Below are positions 24,545 to 37,150 of a stretch of 64,000 bases of DNA, one piece after another. A program made the translations under genes and the position numbers. The notes beneath the pieces were generated by a model. That model ran no database searches, was not told the origin of the DNA, and saw nothing but the letters and a program-made list of their open reading frames with translations. This DNA comes from Haliotis cracherodii (lineage: Eukaryota), in assembly GCF_022045235.1 (NCBI RefSeq), contig NW_027266275.1, positions 16,182,001 through 16,246,000 of the forward strand, written 5' to 3'. Within the stretch, counting starts at the first letter, position 1; every line of letters starts with the position of its first letter.

Positions 24545-26068
24545 TTAACGAAGGTAGCATGATGGAATGTTATTCCTATGTTCGCTTACACGGTGCCTGT
24601 CAATCAACTGAACACACTTCGGATAAGGTCTGAATGACAAATTTGTATCGGAATTGAAAGATAGCGGCTTTGACTTTTCTGATTTCCGAAACCGAAATTG
24701 TTGAATCATTGCTGAGAGAAACAAGAACATTTCCAAAGTTGCCAATTGCTCACCTAAGCATGAGCTTTGACCAATAGAAAAAGGAATCCATTGTTTGTGT
24801 TTTACAAAATGCCCTTCCTCATTCAGAAATCTCTCCGGTTTGAATTCTTCTGGGTTGTCCCAATGTTCTTGGTCAAACAACGCTGATTCTAAAACAGGTA
24901 CAATCATTGTGTCTTCTGGAATAAGGTATCCCCGGAACATAACGTCACGGGAAGCAAACCGCCGGGCACCGTAAGGATTTACGTTCACACACCTCAGCAC
25001 CTCGGAAATAGTTGCTTGAACATAAGGGAGGCTTTCCATATCCGACATGTTCGGGACACGATGCAAGCCTACATTCTGTTTGATTTCTTGGTAGACTCTG
25101 TCCTGTACATCAGGGTAAGCAATGAAATAAAGAATACCCCACTGGATAGCAACAGCTGTGGGTTCCGACCCAGCAATTAACAAATCTACAACAATATTAA
25201 CAAGATGGTCATCATTCACAGGCAAGCCCAGATTTTGGCACTCCTTTAAAAAAGCCGATACAAGAGTCACATTTTGGTCATCAAAATCCTTCTCATGGCG
25301 TTTTATGGAAGGTTTGATTATTTCTTCCTCTGTAAATGCAACATTTTCGGCCAACCGTTTTATATTGAATATATCTCCTGGCAAATAACGCAGGTATGGC
25401 ATAAACTCTAAAATGGCCGTCAAACTAAAATCCTCTTGTCGTCGTTTCAAATACTCAACAAAGAGTGGGTCATCATCTTCAAATCGTTTGCCGAACAAAA
25501 TAGAACATGTGACATTAGTGACAGCGAAGTTAATAAAAAATCGTAGGTCCAAATTTCGACCACTTTCTTCTTTGATAAGCCGTAGTAAATTATTGACTTC
25601 TTCGCCAGTCCTAATTTCCAAAATGTCCTTCCCGGATCCGCTTGTAAAACCTCGGAGACAAACGTCAGCTATTCGCTGTTGTTCCAACCCAACTGTCACA
25701 GCGGTCCCCAGAACGCCCCTGCCATGATTGGGATACTCAGAAACGAACAGGTCTGGTCGTTTCACGAACAAGTGCCCGTGTGTGACAAGGCTTTCGTTTA
25801 TGACGTCATAACCGTTCAGCACCACGACACGGCGTTGTCCGAGGTATAAACAGAATATATCACCGTAATCCTTCCTCCATTCTTGTAACGCCTCTCTAAT
25901 GCCCCGTGTAAATGAAAACATATTTCCAAACAAAGGCAAGCGCAGTCTGGGTCCGGGCGGAAGTTGTGATTGTCGTCTGCTACAGTGCCACACAACAACT
26001 AGCACGGATCCAACGACAATCAAGGTCGTAGTAACATTGTCACAAATCATCTGCGTTAGCTGGTCCAT
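24545..26068 (-). CDS. Cytochrome P450, clan 2 (CYP2-like), intronless, with atypical catalytic motifs, 507 aa
   Basis: N-terminal transmembrane anchor, PPGP hinge, EVLR (ExxR), PERF and the heme Cys motif FSIGQSSCLGE. The I-helix reads AGSEPT. Confidence 0.93.
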   Translation of the reverse strand: MDQLTQMICDNVTTTLIVVGSVLVVVWHCSRRQSQLPPGPRLRLPLFGNMFSFTRGIREALQEWRKDYGDIFCLYLGQRRVVVLNGYDVINESLVTHGHLFVKRPDLFVSEYPNHGRGVLGTAVTVGLEQQRIADVCLRGFTSGSGKDILEIRTGEEVNNLLRLIKEESGRNLDLRFFINFAVTNVTCSILFGKRFEDDDPLFVEYLKRRQEDFSLTAILEFMPYLRYLPGDIFNIKRLAENVAFTEEEIIKPSIKRHEKDFDDQNVTLVSAFLKECQNLGLPVNDDHLVNIVVDLLIAGSEPTAVAIQWGILYFIAYPDVQDRVYQEIKQNVGLHRVPNMSDMESLPYVQATISEVLRCVNVNPYGARRFASRDVMFRGYLIPEDTMIVPVLESALFDQEHWDNPEEFKPERFLNEEGHFVKHKQWIPFSIGQSSCLGEQLATLEMFLFLSAMIQQFRFRKSEKSKPLSFNSDTNLSFRPYPKCVQLIDRHRVSEHRNNIPSCYLR

Positions 26069-27270
26069 ACTTACAGGTTACAGCTGCAAGGGCGACTGTT
26101 ATAAACAACCATCTCCCAAATCCCAGACATGTCGAGACACATTTTACCTGTCACATAATTCGACAAATCGGAACGGCCCATGAGCGCAGTCAATAAAGCG
26201 ATTAAGACTGACTATACCAGGCTCACCGCCGCATTGCTCTGCGCAGGGTATCGACCGACTGAAAGAGGTTATTACCGAACGGGATAGGGATAGAATAGCC
26301 TTAGTGGTACTATGAATAGTGCACCAGCTCGCCACATTGCCATTCAGATGTAGAATTTACGCCTTGTTGTGTGAGAAAGTGGACTATAATTTCTGATGAC
26401 TAACATATTAGATTTTTTTATTTAATGTTTTTCCTAGATGTTTTAGTAATTTAAATGTTTTGAACATTGATATTACTACATAACATATGAAATTGTAAAA
26501 AGAGTCATTGACTTAATAATATTTATTCATTTAGTATTACAGTATGAGTTAATAATTATATCATAATTAATAATTTTACCAAATAGTGACTAAGTTCCAC
26601 TTCAGCACTACTGGGTAAGCGAGAGTCAACAAAAGAAGAAATTATGCAACATGTATGTTCTCGTTTCCGAGCACATTTACCAAAAAATATATAGCACTAC
26701 ATACAAACGCTGGATACTGTGAGTGGGTGATGCCTTACACCGTTTTTGGCATTATTTATTTAATATCACGGAGTTGGTGTTGGGTTTCATACAGTAAACC
26801 CACAATGGAAAGTGAACACGCGACGAGCGAACGCTCTAACTATCCAGCTACCCATTACTCCGGGTTAACACAAGACGTGACTGTTTAGAAATAAAATTAA
26901 CTGAATTTAACAATCCTGTATATCATAAAAGTGCCCAATGTTTAATGGTAAATGTCTGCCACCTGAATATGCGTAACTTCGGGCTTCCAATTAACTGCAT
27001 ATCACCTACTGTTGAGGAGCGATGAGGTAGCCCAAAGGGCAAAGCGTCCGTTCGTCACGCCGAAGACCCAAGTTCGATTCCTTACGGGGATACAATGTGT
27101 GAAGCCTATTTCTGGAGTCCCTGGCCGTGATATTGCTGAAAGATTTCTAAAAGCGGCGTAAAACTACTCACTCACTTGCTGTAGCAAGCACAGCTCACTA
27201 GAGATAGTATAACAATGTCCGATTGAGAGTTAACCGCCAGTGATCAACCCGAGACACTTCATAGGGGAGA

Positions 27271-27389
27271 GGGGCGGTCGGGTAGCCTAGTGGTTAAAGC
27301 GTTCGCACGTGTGAAGCCCATTTCTGGTGTCCCCCGCCGTGGTATTGCTGGAATATTACTAAAAGCGGCGTAAATCCATACTCACTCAC
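27271..27389 (+). mobile_element. Internally deleted SINE family A with 12-bp TSD (a second, more diverged copy at ~27020-27175)
   Basis: TCATAGGGGAGA on both flanks; the B-box segment is missing. Confidence 0.8.
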
Positions 27390-27761
27390 TCATAGGGGAG
27401 AAGTCAAAATACATTGCGATTGATGGTCTTCACCATTGTTACAAACACAAACCAAAATTTAATACTTGTTTACCTCTGTTAATTCCATTGGCTTCCTACA
27501 AGAGTAATTTTAAGATAAGAGCTACTGGCAACTATACCTTGCATCATGCAGTCTGTAACAACATCTACTCGCATACGCGGAACCAACAAACACATCATCC
27601 ACCCCACCCCCACATCCTTGCGTTTAGTTTTGATACACGTTAAACATTTATACCTTCGAAAATGTAATTGGTGATCCAACAAAAATGACTAACTCTCTTC
27701 GTGATATTTTCAACATAATTACACGATCCCTGTTCAGTTATAAAGAACACAGTGACACAAT

Positions 27762-29249
27762 CTAATTCCTAGGTACAGTCACGACCTTGAAGGGTTGAGA
27801 CTTCAGCACTGCACCAGGCACAGCCTCCATCGAGAGCGGCGGTTCATCTTCCGGTGGCAGGAATTGAAACCGTTGGAGGAGACCCGTGATGAACAGGAAC
27901 AGCTCCATCCGGGCAAGTGACTCTCCTGGGCACGCCCTCTTACCCATTGAGAACGGGATGAATTCTTCGGGTTTGGTGAATTTACCATCCGCACCGAGAA
28001 ACCTCTCTGGTCGAAATTGTCCAGGATTTTCCCAAATTGCAGGATCCATCATGACAGAGTCTAAGTTTGGGAAGATAATGCACCCAGCGGGGAGGCGATA
28101 TCCTCTGAATACTATGTCTTCGGTGACGCCATGGAATCCAGCTATGGTAGCAATATTGGCGATCCTCTGTACTTCTGTAATGGTTGCTTCTATGTAAGGA
28201 AGCTTCAGCTTGTCAGTCATCCCGGGCAGTTTCTGTGTTCCAATATTGTCTTCGATTTCCTTGAAGCATTTAGCCTGGATGTCTTGATGAACTGTCAGAT
28301 ACAACAGTATCCACTGAATAGTAGTAGACGTGGTGTCGGTCCCAGCAATGAACAAATCTCCGATGACCTTAACCAGATTGTCATATCCAATGGACGTCTC
28401 CACGCCTTGTTTCTCCTTAACCTTCATCTCTCTGATGTATGCAGCGATAAAGTCGTCGATGTTATTCTCATCAAAGGCCTTGAGATGTTCTTCAATGGAA
28501 GGTTTTATCAGCCTGTCCTCGTAAAACGCAATGTTCTCAGCTGTCTTGTGATACAAGAAAAGGTCACCAGGAATATACTTTGCAAATGGGATGAAGTTGA
28601 GACCGCCAAGCCTCCCAGCTGCCTTGAAGTTCTCGTCTGTCCTTCTCAGGTATTCTATAAACAGTGGATCGTCATACTGAAATCGTCTCCCAAACACCAT
28701 AGAACAAATAATGTTCGACACGGATGTCTGGATAATATGATTAGTGTCGTACTTCTGTCCCTTCTGGTCTGCGATAACCTCAAGACAAACCCTAATCTCC
28801 TCATTGATCTTTTCTTGAAGCATATTTTTCCCCATTCCAAAGTCTCTCAGCGTGGAGAGGGTTAATCTTCTCTGTTCCTTCCACACGTCCCCATTGCTTG
28901 ATATCACTCCCTTGTTCTTGAAAAGATCGTTAAACACAACTGCGTAGGGCCTCACGGCGAAGACCTCGCTATTCTTCACCAACGCCTCCTTCACAGCATC
29001 GAATCCGTTCAACACTATAGTTAAACGGTTGCCTAGATAGAGAGTGAACAAATCTCCGTGTAGTTTTCTCCATGCTTGAAACTGTTCCCTAAAGTCAGGT
29101 TTCATGGACAGCAGGTTGCCTAAGACAGGTAAAGGTCTCGGCCCAGGTGGTAGCCCGGATGGACGTCTGGTACTGAGCCACAGTGCCAGCAGACATATCC
29201 CTGATACCAGAATCGGAGTCGCATATCCGGTGAAAACTTCTTCCAACAT
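27762..29249 (-). CDS. Cytochrome P450, clan 2 (CYP2-like), intronless, 495 aa from the ATG at 29249
   Basis: Transmembrane anchor, PPGP, WKEQRR, AGTDTT, EVQR, PERF and FSMGKRACPGE. The ORF-track start at 29303 is GTG; the first ATG precedes the TM helix. Confidence 0.96.
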   Translation of the reverse strand: MLEEVFTGYATPILVSGICLLALWLSTRRPSGLPPGPRPLPVLGNLLSMKPDFREQFQAWRKLHGDLFTLYLGNRLTIVLNGFDAVKEALVKNSEVFAVRPYAVVFNDLFKNKGVISSNGDVWKEQRRLTLSTLRDFGMGKNMLQEKINEEIRVCLEVIADQKGQKYDTNHIIQTSVSNIICSMVFGRRFQYDDPLFIEYLRRTDENFKAAGRLGGLNFIPFAKYIPGDLFLYHKTAENIAFYEDRLIKPSIEEHLKAFDENNIDDFIAAYIREMKVKEKQGVETSIGYDNLVKVIGDLFIAGTDTTSTTIQWILLYLTVHQDIQAKCFKEIEDNIGTQKLPGMTDKLKLPYIEATITEVQRIANIATIAGFHGVTEDIVFRGYRLPAGCIIFPNLDSVMMDPAIWENPGQFRPERFLGADGKFTKPEEFIPFSMGKRACPGESLARMELFLFITGLLQRFQFLPPEDEPPLSMEAVPGAVLKSQPFKVVTVPRN

Positions 29250-29818
29250 TGTTACTCTGTGTCTCTCCGTATACTCTGTCCTCGGACCACACTCCCAATC
29301 CACTGTTCAACCCAGATTGACTTCACAGCGTAACGAGGCTTTCGTTGTTGGGGCAGAGTCTGTCCCACGAACGCGATAGGTTATTTTTAGCCACAGACCA
29401 AGGACAATGCATGTGCATTCAAAGTACGCCTCTGGGGTACATCATCGCATTGAAAAAACTGGGTTTCGAGTTGTGTCAATACACACTGCTGCACTGCGTT
29501 AAGCACTATGCAGGAATATATCCGTCGTTATGGCGTCGTTGAACCACAAGCAATCGATGGCAGCTGTTCACAAACCTATTTTATCGACTCATTTACTGAC
29601 CACTGTATCCTTCGAGGCCAAATGTCATGGGTCAATAAACATGGGTCAGTAAAAATAGTTTTATTTGTGTACAGCTACGAATTCCTGCGGTTGAATATAC
29701 ACAGCCAGGGGTAACCTGTATACTGACAGTCTACAGGGCTGACTTTTGTTTGCTTCAAATGTGAACACCAGTGACAATGACCTGCATTAATGAAAAATGT
29801 AACAATTCCTGTGGTTGA

Positions 29819-30118
29819 GTGAGTGAGTGAGTGAGTGAGTGAGTGAGTGAGTTGGGCTTAACGCCGCTATTAACAGTATTCCAGTTATATCGCGGTGTGT
29901 CAGCTGAATGTGGGAGGAAAGCCCGAAGTGATGCAGGTCTCAGACGTTTACCACTTCGGTGAAACCCACGAGCACGGGTATGGTGCTGACAAGCCTAGAA
30001 ACATAATCGGGGCGAACCGGGATTCGAACCCACAATCATAGGTTTCTGGCGTGCCCAAGGGAAGCAACTCTGCACAGCGAATCGCGGCGCCTTAGACGAC
30101 TGGGCCACCCGTCCCCCC
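29819..30118 (-). mobile_element. tRNA(Leu)-like-headed SINE (family C) with ~13-bp TSD; copy at 53602-53875, partial copies at ~23325, ~36667, ~37220
   Basis: Minus strand GGGTGGCCCAGTCGTCTAAGGCGCC...GTGGGTTCGAATCCC with a (TCAC)n tail. TTCCTGT(G/A)GTTGA at 29806-29818 and 30119-30131. Confidence 0.82.
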
Positions 30119-31447
30119 TTCCTGTAGTTGAATATACAAAGCCAGGGGTCACCTGTATACTGAAAGTCTACAGGGCTGACTTTTGTTTGCCTCAAGTGAA
30201 CAGCAGTGAGAATCACCTGCGTTCAAGAAAAATGTAACAATGCAGACTCAGTCTGATATATAGTTATGTCTTTGCGTAAATGGGGTAATCATGAACTAAT
30301 AGATCGATATACGTCATCAAATTTGACAACCAATGGACATTGATTATTCAGAATTCATTTAAATTGAAAGGAGCCTCAGAGAGATGGGAGATTCAGCCCT
30401 GAACCTGTTAAAACATAATAAGACTTGCTTTATTTTGGGTTATAGCATTCTAGTCAGGGATGGGCGGGAGGGAAAATAATATGGTTCAGGGAAAGTGAGG
30501 CACACTTGTGGAACGGTATCAAATGATAATATACAGATGTTGTACCTGTAGGTTTGGGATGAAGTGCATGTGCAGCTCTATTGTCGGTCAAGTGGTTTTA
30601 AATGTAACTTACTGTCTGCACAGTAAATCGGCGACACCTGTCCCTGTACAGATTAAGAAACATAAGGGGGGTGAGGTGAGGTGAAATGGGGTTTAACGTC
30701 GCGTCCAAGATTATTGCACTTATATAGCGACGTGCATGCACGTGTATGTGTGTGTGTGGCTGCTTGTTCTAGTCCGGACTGATGCCGATTTATAGTGCTA
30801 GCACACTGAGATACCATGCCGCAGTTAACATAAATACCCCACTCAGACACAGTATACTTACTCCGAGCTGACCAGTCCTTGTTTTAGCCCCTTAATGCCG
30901 AGCACTAGACTGGGTCACAACAAGTACCATCTTTTAACGTCTTTTGGTCCGCTCTCCGGGCGGACGCTCTACCATTAGACCACGGAGGCGGTCCGAAACA
31001 TAAGAGAAATATAGGGCAAAGTAAAGTGGGCCAAGAAGATATTCTTTGATACGGGATCAACCACTGATAAAATACTATCTGGGTCCAAGGTCCATGTTTC
31101 GCCTTTTCACATACAGCCTGTCATAGTTTCACTGGCCTTGATTCAAATCCAACATACACGTCTTCCAGTTTCGCCACACTGTACATTCCCTTGATTGGTG
31201 GAGGCGGTACGCGTAGAGGGGCCTATTTTTACGCGTTCACTTGAAATAACTAGTACAAATATGTGGTCGAACTAAGTCGACTGGTGTGTGAAGTTACATC
31301 TACAGCCCTGTATCACGACTGGTGTATATATCTACGTCCCTATATCTTGACTGAGTAAACCTACAGTCTTGTATATCGACTACTGAAGGAAATAACAATC
31401 CATTCGCTGAGGCCCAAATACCCTATTTTAAAAGAGTGAAAGCGACA

Positions 31448-32938
31448 ATGCTGAGTACATTTTTCACGGACAATCTGACAGCGATTCTCAGTTGTGGTGT
31501 TGGTGCCCTCGTGCTGTGGCTGACGTCCAGGAGGCCGTCGGGAACACCCCCAGGGCCACGTTTCCCCTTACCGATTGTTGGCCATGCGTTGTCCATCGGA
31601 AAGAATCCGAAGAAGAAATTCCGAGAATGGCATAAAAAATACGGTGACATTTTTAGTGTGTATATTGGTAATCGGTTAGTGATCATCTTGAATGGTTATG
31701 AGGTCTTGAAAGACGCTTTTGTGAAGCATGGTGATGTTTTCTCTGATCGTCCTCATGTTTTTGTGGTTGACGAGGTAAGCAAGGGCATGGGCTTGGCCGG
31801 AACATCCGGACAGGTCTGGAAGGAACAGAGGCGCTTCACGCTGTCCACGCTGAGAGACTTTGGGATGGGCAGGAACATACTGCAGGTGAAGGTTAATGAA
31901 GAATCAGCCTCGTTTCTGGATGAAATTGCAGGGATGAAAGGAAAGAAGTTTGATTTCCGAGATTTGATCCACACGGCGGTGGCCAACATAATCACTTCTA
32001 TAGTGCTTGGCAAAAGATTTGTCTATGGCGACCAATTCTTCAAGGACTTGACAGCTAAAATAGATGAAAACCTTCAGTCAGTTGGAGCTACAGCCGGCTT
32101 GAACTTCATACCACTTGCTCGGTATATTCCGGGAGACCCATTCAAGTTCAAAAGGACACTGGCGAATCTGGCATTCTTTGTCAACAATCTGACAAAACCT
32201 TCTATGGATGAGCATTTGAAAGAGTATGATGAGTCCAACATTGATGATTATATATCAGCTTACATAAGAGAGATTAAGCGGAAGGAGCGTGAAAACGCTG
32301 AGTCTTCCATTGGCTTAGAAAATCTGGAAAAAGTAATTGGTGATTTGTTCCTTGCAGGAACTGAAACCACTGCGACTACCATACGATGGGGCGTTCTACT
32401 GCTCATGAAATATCCTGATATTCAAGAAAAATGTTTCCAAGAAATCAAGATGAACATCGGCCAAGAGAGGCTGCCACTTATGTCGGACAAGCTGGAGTTA
32501 CCTTATGTTGAAGCAACCATAGCTGAGATACAGAGAGTGGCCAACATCATCCCTGTGTCAATCTGGCACAGTGTTCCTCATGACCTAAAGTTCAGGGGCT
32601 ACACATTCCCTAAAGGAGTCATCGTACTGCCCAACATTGACTCTGTGCTTATGAACCCTGAAACCTTCAAAGATCCGGAAAGGTTTCAGCCTGAGAGATT
32701 TTTGGATGACGATGGAAAGTTTGTGAAGCCCGAGGAACTCATCCCCTTCTTTCTGGGCAAGCGGGCCTGTATTGGGGAGTCTCTGGCAAGGATGGAACTC
32801 TTCCTTTTCCTGACAGCAATGATTCAGCGCTTCCAGTTCCAACAACCTGAAGATGAGCAACCGCCAACCATGGAGGCTGTGCCAGGAGTAACGTTTGCCC
32901 CTCTGCCATTCAAGTTTATTGCAGCACCGAGAGTCTGA
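31448..32938 (+). CDS. Cytochrome P450, clan 2 (CYP2-like), intronless, 496 aa from the ATG at 31448
   Basis: Transmembrane anchor, PPGP, WKEQRR, AGTETT, EIQR, PERF and FFLGKRACIGE. TATATA at ~31325 and AATAAA at ~33605. Confidence 0.96.
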   Translation: MLSTFFTDNLTAILSCGVGALVLWLTSRRPSGTPPGPRFPLPIVGHALSIGKNPKKKFREWHKKYGDIFSVYIGNRLVIILNGYEVLKDAFVKHGDVFSDRPHVFVVDEVSKGMGLAGTSGQVWKEQRRFTLSTLRDFGMGRNILQVKVNEESASFLDEIAGMKGKKFDFRDLIHTAVANIITSIVLGKRFVYGDQFFKDLTAKIDENLQSVGATAGLNFIPLARYIPGDPFKFKRTLANLAFFVNNLTKPSMDEHLKEYDESNIDDYISAYIREIKRKERENAESSIGLENLEKVIGDLFLAGTETTATTIRWGVLLLMKYPDIQEKCFQEIKMNIGQERLPLMSDKLELPYVEATIAEIQRVANIIPVSIWHSVPHDLKFRGYTFPKGVIVLPNIDSVLMNPETFKDPERFQPERFLDDDGKFVKPEELIPFFLGKRACIGESLARMELFLFLTAMIQRFQFQQPEDEQPPTMEAVPGVTFAPLPFKFIAAPRV

Positions 32939-35900
32939 TGTCTGTGGGTTGTTCCTTGTACTTGACCATGACCACATATTGATTCTGCAACCTTGACCAA
33001 CATTGGAATCCCACATTTATCAAGTCAGTGGTTTGGCCAAAGTGAACCCTAAATCTTTCTCTTTGTGAGTGAGTGAGATTTTATAATCCTTCCTATTTTA
33101 CCATAACTACATCAAGAATGAGTTCACACATGGCATCCCTGTGAGGCATAAAGTATGATGAATGATTTCGGCAATGTCAAAAACATTATGGACTTAATGG
33201 CAACTTCAGTGATGAAGAATTACGTGCCCCTTCTGTTGAAGCACACATATATTGCATTCGTGGTGATGAATATTGATCGAATAAGTGTTGGGAGACTTTG
33301 TGACTGATGACAGGATCACTTACTGTAATATGAACTATGAACTGTGAAGTTCATGAACACTTGGGGTCATCACTATTTGATAGTGATTTATTCCGACACA
33401 TGTTTATGATATTAGAAATGTACAATTGACACTCCTTTCAGGAAATGTCTTTATGATAATGGAAAGGGTTGTATGGCCTTTATTTACCCTATTTGTTGAC
33501 AGAATATCCATATTTTAGAATATAAGGACAGTAATGTAATTTTGTATGTTTAGAAACTTTGACTATTGGGTGTATGTTGTAAAATATTCTATTATTTTAT
33601 ATTTAATAAAAAATATTGCTAAACATTGTGATATATTATACAATTTTTATATATGATGAGGTATGACCACTTGCAACAAATACCCATTAACTCTGTCTGG
33701 CATGCATGTCACCTTATCCCAATTGCGTGGATCAATGCTCATGATGTCAATCACTGGATTGTCTGGTCCAGATTCGATTATTTACAGACCGCTGTCATGT
33801 AGTGGGAATATTGCTGTGTGCGGCGTTAAACAACAAACAAACAAACCATCTTGCAAGGTTGGTGATATGGAAGAGGTAAAGTGATTTCAGACAGCTTTGA
33901 AAAGTATTTTAGTAATCTCACGTTAGCTTAGTGTGTGGGAGCAATGTCCAAAGTGACACAGGTTTTAGACATTTACAACTTTGGTTTTCAGCTATATCCA
34001 GTGACTGATATCATGAGCATCGATCTACGTAATTGGGATAAAATGACATGCATCAGCCAAGTCAGCGAGCCTGACCACCCAATCCCGTTAGTCGCCTCTT
34101 ACGACAAGCATAGTCGCCTTTACGGCAAGCACGGGTTGCTGAAGAAGTGTTCCCTTATATTAAATAAATACATTCACACCATTAAGTCCAAGATATGATG
34201 ATCATTTTCAAACAAACACAAAGTGTATATTAAAATTTATTGGCTCCATTAATGTACAATTATTTACATTCAATATAAGCACATTGCAATAATTTACACA
34301 TACTGTCAAATGTCAAACATGTTTGACAAGAGACACCAAATCACATACACAATAGTTGAATTTCCCAAACTTAAATCAATTGTTCGGACATTCTCTCTTC
34401 TCAAATAAAAGCAACTGAATCTGATCTCCTACATGGGAACAATTAACCCAAGTATATCCTTGAATCAACTGAGACATACAGTTAAAGAGTCTTCAAATGT
34501 AAAACATTTAATCCTAAAATATTTTAATCTGACTTAAACAAATCTGACTCAGAATACATAATTAGAATGTTCTTATAATCACAAACAGTTCTTTACAGTC
34601 GAAACTTTTCATCAAAACTACTCATTTTGAATATATATCAAAACTCATTCTCGTAAATACAATATCCACTAAAACAGGTACTGAGGAAAGGAAACGCTTC
34701 TCACTTGAGTATAATAATTTAACACAAATAACTGTTGACATCAGCACAAATGAAACACTTAATTACCTGCATAAAAAACTATTTGTTTACATAATCATAT
34801 ATTTGGATATTAATCCGATACAATCAGCACCAATCAGGCGAGTTCTGTCACTATACATGGTGATATCCAGTATAACTCTACATCAAATGCAAAAACTGTG
34901 AACATCTTTCTCTGTGCGAGAATGAAATATACTGTAGATCAGACTGGAGGGAATAAAGTCAATATTTCTTTAAAGATAACCCTGAAGACCAAACTGATAG
35001 TCAAGCCAGAGTTACCAATGTTCGAAATGTTCTGTGCATTTTAAGAAAGGAAATAATTTCAAAATACCTTTTCAAACAAGAACCAGAATTCAATTTGTTT
35101 ACATTATTTTTGTTACAATTAGCCAAAGACAAAATATATTCAAGGATGAAATTTAACCAATAAAAATTGAGGCCTGATTTAAAAATCAACCTGTTTCCCT
35201 TGGTCAGGAAATAATGTTAATATCACACAACTTAGTTTTTTATCACATGATTATAAACACTTTAATCCCTCCTTTGTAATACATATATCAAACGACAAAT
35301 TAACTGGACACTGTTACGACTGTGATATTATACTCTACATATTAAGTCCCAAACCCCATAAACAACCCACAAACTGGATATCTGTCTATCAGACTCTTCG
35401 TTCTTCACTGTCGATCATACTCTAGTCAGCAGAACAGTAATTGTCAATATCGCATTACTTTCTATGTTGAATCCCTATTTCTGGTACGGGGGAGCGAGCG
35501 AGTGAGTGAGTGAGTGAGTGAGTGAGTGAGTGAGTGTGTGAGTGAGTGAGTGAGTGCGTGAGTGAGTGAGTGAGTGAGTGAGTGAGTGAGTATGTTTTAC
35601 GCTGCTTTCTTTCAGGTCTGTAGATAGGGTGGAGGGGAGGAGAGGAATTCACCAATTGATACTTTTCAGGCATTTACAGAAATTTACAAACTGTAAGTAT
35701 GGACGCCAGTCCATGACACAGGAGCAACAGTAAATTCTTCACATCATACACGTGTATGAAAGGAAAAGTTGAGGTCAGATAAAAGGTGCTTCTTGTCCCA
35801 CTGGAAACTTTGAAATATTAGTTTGAAAATTATCATACATGTTTCAATGACTGACTTGACTTTTTCTTGGACTTCTGACATGACTACGTACTTAATAAGG

Positions 35901-36988
35901 ACTTAAATGAATTATTAAAAAGAAAGAAGATTTTTCAAACATCAAGAGAAAACTATCTCTGAAAAAGTCCATGAGCCAAGAAGAAATGAACCAGTTGCTT
36001 GTACTATCCATCCCCGAATTTTTTTTGTTCCACTCAAAAACGCTTACAGAAAAACTCCCAAATCAGCTGGACAAGTCCATGACATGCACATGTTAAAATG
36101 CACAAGCTAAATTTCTTCTCATTTGAATCCACCTGATAACATTCATTGTGTTTTCTAAAAGTTTAGCTTGTTTCTCAAAACATGCAGATTCTGAGAAACG
36201 GGCCTTTGGTATTCATTTTCCTGTGCAAACACATTCAGGTCTGAGAATCACGCAACAACTGAAATAATTAGCAAATAAAGTGTGTCAAACATGACACAGA
36301 GTATATTTATGTTGCTAACTGTACCACATGGTGAAATATTCTCGAATCTGGCCCTGCGAAACCCCCGTCTTAATGATGACGAGTACAGTATCAAGCTGTC
36401 GGACAGTGTCCAACTCGGGTAACTATCCTACACTAAGCAAGTACATGAAACAAGCAACACTCTTGTGGTTGCATCTTTGGTTTGTAAGTCTGTCACATCC
36501 AACATAGGACATAATGATAAATGGCCACATAAAATATAACAAGCATCACTGTAAGTGCTAAGAGGCTTGGTATAAGCTCCTTCGTCTGGACTGAGATGCA
36601 AGAGGTGATAATATTTCCCCCCGACACATGCTTGGTCGGGTATCAACTGAGTCAACTGTTGGGTAGGGTGAGTGAGTGAGTGAGTGAGTGAGTGAGTGAG
36701 TTGGGTTTAACGCCGCTTTTAACAGTATTCCAGTTATATCACAGCGTGTCAGCTTGATGTGGGAGGAAAGCCCGAAGTGATGCTAGTCTCAGACGTTTAC
36801 CACTTCGGTGAAACCCACGAGCAGGGGTAAGGTGCTGACAAACCTAGAAACATAATCGGGGCGAACCGGGCTTTTGGGTAGGCTTCATGACACTCTTCAT
36901 CAGTGGGTCAGTCGTGACAGCGTGTCAACTTCATGTGAGAGGACAACACAACGTGACATGGTTCATAGATGTTTACTGCTTTTGTAAA

Positions 36989-37150
36989 GTGAGAGAGTAT
37001 GGTTTTACACCGCATTTAGCAATATTCCAGCAATATCTTTGCAGGGAAAACCAGAAATGGGCTTCACACATTGTACCCATGTGGGGAATCGAACCTGGGT
37101 CATTGGCATGACAAGCGAACGCTTTAACCACTAGACTATCCCACCGCCCC
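36989..37150 (-). mobile_element. SINE family A with 16-bp TSD
   Basis: TTACTGCTTTTGTAAA at 36973-36988 and 37151-37166. Confidence 0.85.

Noticed and set aside
28131-28865. 244-aa plus-strand ORF
   Set aside because: Antisense shadow of the CYP coding sequence with no recognisable motifs.
4619-32938. PhzF-like + P450 biosynthetic gene cluster, or horizontal transfer from bacteria
   Set aside because: PBLD is a normal intron-containing metazoan gene and the CYPs are microsomal clan-2 type. Adjacency alone does not show a shared pathway.
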